A stretch of DNA of 64,000 nucleotides. Origin: Eledone cirrhosa (lineage: Eukaryota). The DNA is taken from the NCBI GenBank assembly GCA_964016885.1, contig OZ024753.1, positions 12,152,001 to 12,216,000 of the forward strand, given 5' to 3'. The notes beneath the pieces are model-generated. The model did not search any database. It worked only from the letters and a program-made list of their open reading frames with translations, and was not told where the DNA came from. This document shows positions 59,481-64,000 of this stretch, piece after piece; position 1 is the first letter of the stretch; every line of letters begins with the position of its first letter. Made by a program: the position numbers and the translations under genes.

Positions 59481-59765
59481 TGTAAAGTTATATTTAAAAT
59501 TGTTGGGTTACAACTAGTAAATATTTATAACTAATATAAAAGCACTCGACAAATATTTGGAGTATATTTACAATATTAAATAAATGGAAAACTATATTTA
59601 TAAAACCATATTTATTTCATTATATATATTTCGGGGATATCATATTAACAATATGCTATGCCTTCATCAGACAAAATACAATATAAACAGTTTTATAGAT
59701 AAATATATTCGACATACCGTAATAAACATCAACGTCATTTGAAGAGGTTTACTCTAGTTTACTCT
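59479..59765 (-). mobile_element. ~285 bp HHR-bearing island between TA arrays (same family as 21260-21435)
   Basis: The flanks align with the 21.3 kb copy (ggttatgtc.aatattt...ttgtatttt.tctgatgaa; tatggttttataaatatagttttccattta). Confidence 0.75.
59613..59678 (-). ncRNA. Type I hammerhead ribozyme
   Basis: Minus strand: TATTTTGT-CTGATGA-aGGcATAgCATATT gtt AATATGaTATcCCc-GAAA-TATATA-TA-ATGAAATA. Stem I is preserved by G-U pairs. Confidence 0.75.
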
Positions 59766-61868
<2,103 letters not shown>

Positions 61869-62169
61869 AGCAAATTATAAATGTAAACATGTAAGTATGT
61901 TTTTTGAAACGGTGCGCGAGTTTGAAAATTAGAAATTAGAAATTATAAGCTTTAACCGTATTTTAGACTAAAGAAATTTCTAGCCTGATAGTGGGATTTA
62001 TAACCGTTGGAGAAATGGAAAAATGTCAGTGTTGCCTTACATGGGAGTCGAACCCACATCTTATTATATATAAATATACATATACATATATATACATATA
62101 CATATATACACATATACATATATATATATATATATACATATATATATACATATTTAGGAATTTATAAAT

Positions 62170-63138
62170 ATCCGGGTTATTGGTTGGTTCCACAACCAGA
62201 TGGTTGTTCATACATTGTCAAATTCTTTCGTCGCACATTCTGTGACCTCTTCAGTGACTGGGAATTCATTTCTTTGTTTTGGTGCCTCTCCTTTGTTCTT
62301 TCCTGCGCCATCTTGTTTCTGTGTGTGTGTGTTGTGTGCTCAGTCTGCGCATGCGCCACATCCGGGTGTCTGTGTGTTTATATTCGTTTATTTATTTGTT
62401 TATTTACATGTTACTGGTTGGTTGGTTGTTCTATGTGCGTGTGTGTTTTCAATTTGTCCTTAATTGTAAGTTGAGATGTTCCTGTTCCACTCATGATTTC
62501 TATTTAATTTTGGTTGTAATTCTTTTATGTTTATTGCCTCTATGATTTGCCTAAACATTGCGTCTTTTCTGTGTGTAGATTCTATTTTTTATTTCTATGT
62601 TGTCTAATTTACCCTTATGTTCTATTTTAGCATGTTGGTAGAGTACAGATGATTTTTTACTATCTTGAAGGTCTCGCCAATGTTAATTTATCCGTTCCCA
62701 TATACTACGAGCTGTCTCACCTATGTACACTATATTTTTATCTCTACATTGTCCTTCAGTACATCTTATGCTATATACTACATTTCTAGTTTTACAGTTA
62801 ATATGGGCGCTTAATTTACATATTATACATTTCTTGTCTATACAGGGAGTTCTTTGAAAAGGGTATGTCTTGCTAATAACTGTTTTTATGGAGGTACCTG
62901 GTGTTTCTACTATCTTAATATTGAGTTCATGTTTATTTAGGGCCCTTCTAAATGTGTAAGCTAATTCACCTCTAGGGGTTGTATCGATGAACATTACACT
63001 CTGGTATTTATTGCTATTATACCATGAGTTTATTCTATTAGCCTTATTCCTAGTTCTTTCTATTCTATTCTAAAATGTGCTCCTATACAAGGGGCAGGTC
63101 CCATTTGTGTCATTATTTGCCATTTTTTCTCATTTGGT
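62170..63138 (-). mobile_element. Penelope-like element 3' part (GIY-YIG endonuclease region, 3' UTR, pLTR with HHR-like motif)
   Basis: ORF 62683-62994 reads C.DKKCIIC...CKTRNVVYSIRC...YIGETARSIWERI. The motif GTCA-CTGAAGA-gGTCAC..GCGAC-GAAA-GAATT-TGAC is at 62258-62217. Confidence 0.85.
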
Positions 63139-63204
63139 TATATATATATATATATATGTATATTTATAATATAAGATCAAAAGATGGTTAAAGGAGTTCC
63201 ATAT

Positions 63205-63271
63205 ATTTTATTATGCGCATTTCAAAAACAAACATCATCAAGCAATAATATTTGTTTTCATCAGATAAAAC
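63205..63271 (-). ncRNA. Type I hammerhead ribozyme
   Basis: Minus strand: GTTTTAT-CTGATGA-AAACAAATATTATT gctt GATGATGTTTGTTTtt-GAAA-TGCGCA-TA-ATAAAAT. Enclosed by a 17 bp IR at 63166-63182 / 63333-63349. Confidence 0.8.
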
Positions 63272-63434
63272 AGGAGAACATGATATGAAGGCTAAAAAAC
63301 ACTTGTTGATAGTGTAGTTTTAAATCAACTTGTTTTGATCTTATATTATGCATACTCCAGTCCACAAACTGTAGAGTGCTTCTTATCCGATATCTGCATT
63401 GCTTTATTGTACTACAATAAAACTCACCTCCTAC

Positions 63435-64000
<566 letters not shown>

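Overview
Extremely AT-rich, repeat-dominated eukaryotic intergenic or intronic DNA with no host protein-coding gene I can support. The repeat content suggests a cephalopod, probably Octopus (inference): Nin-domain and CORE-like tRNA-derived SINEs, CR1, RTE, Dong/R4, CRE and Tx1 LINE remnants, and multi-kb (TA)n/(TATG)n arrays. All the long Y/I/C/M-rich ORFs are microsatellite artefacts. Real content includes about 20 SINE copies (several with 10-15 bp TSDs), six LINE remnants, Penelope-like (PLE) GIY-YIG retroelement remnants with direct and inverted pLTRs, three complete non-autonomous Helitrons and two Tc1/mariner-superfamily MITEs. The most striking unannotated signal is a dense set of type I hammerhead ribozyme (HHR) motifs (CUGANGA...GAAA...UH, mostly with palindromic stem III). 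About seven are near-intact and several more are degenerate. They belong to several sequence families and sit in small non-coding islands between TA arrays, often inside long fold-back palindromes or monomer-plus-partial-repeat units, i.e. PLE pLTR or retrozyme-like elements. All structures were read by eye, not computed, and coordinates of degraded elements are approximate.
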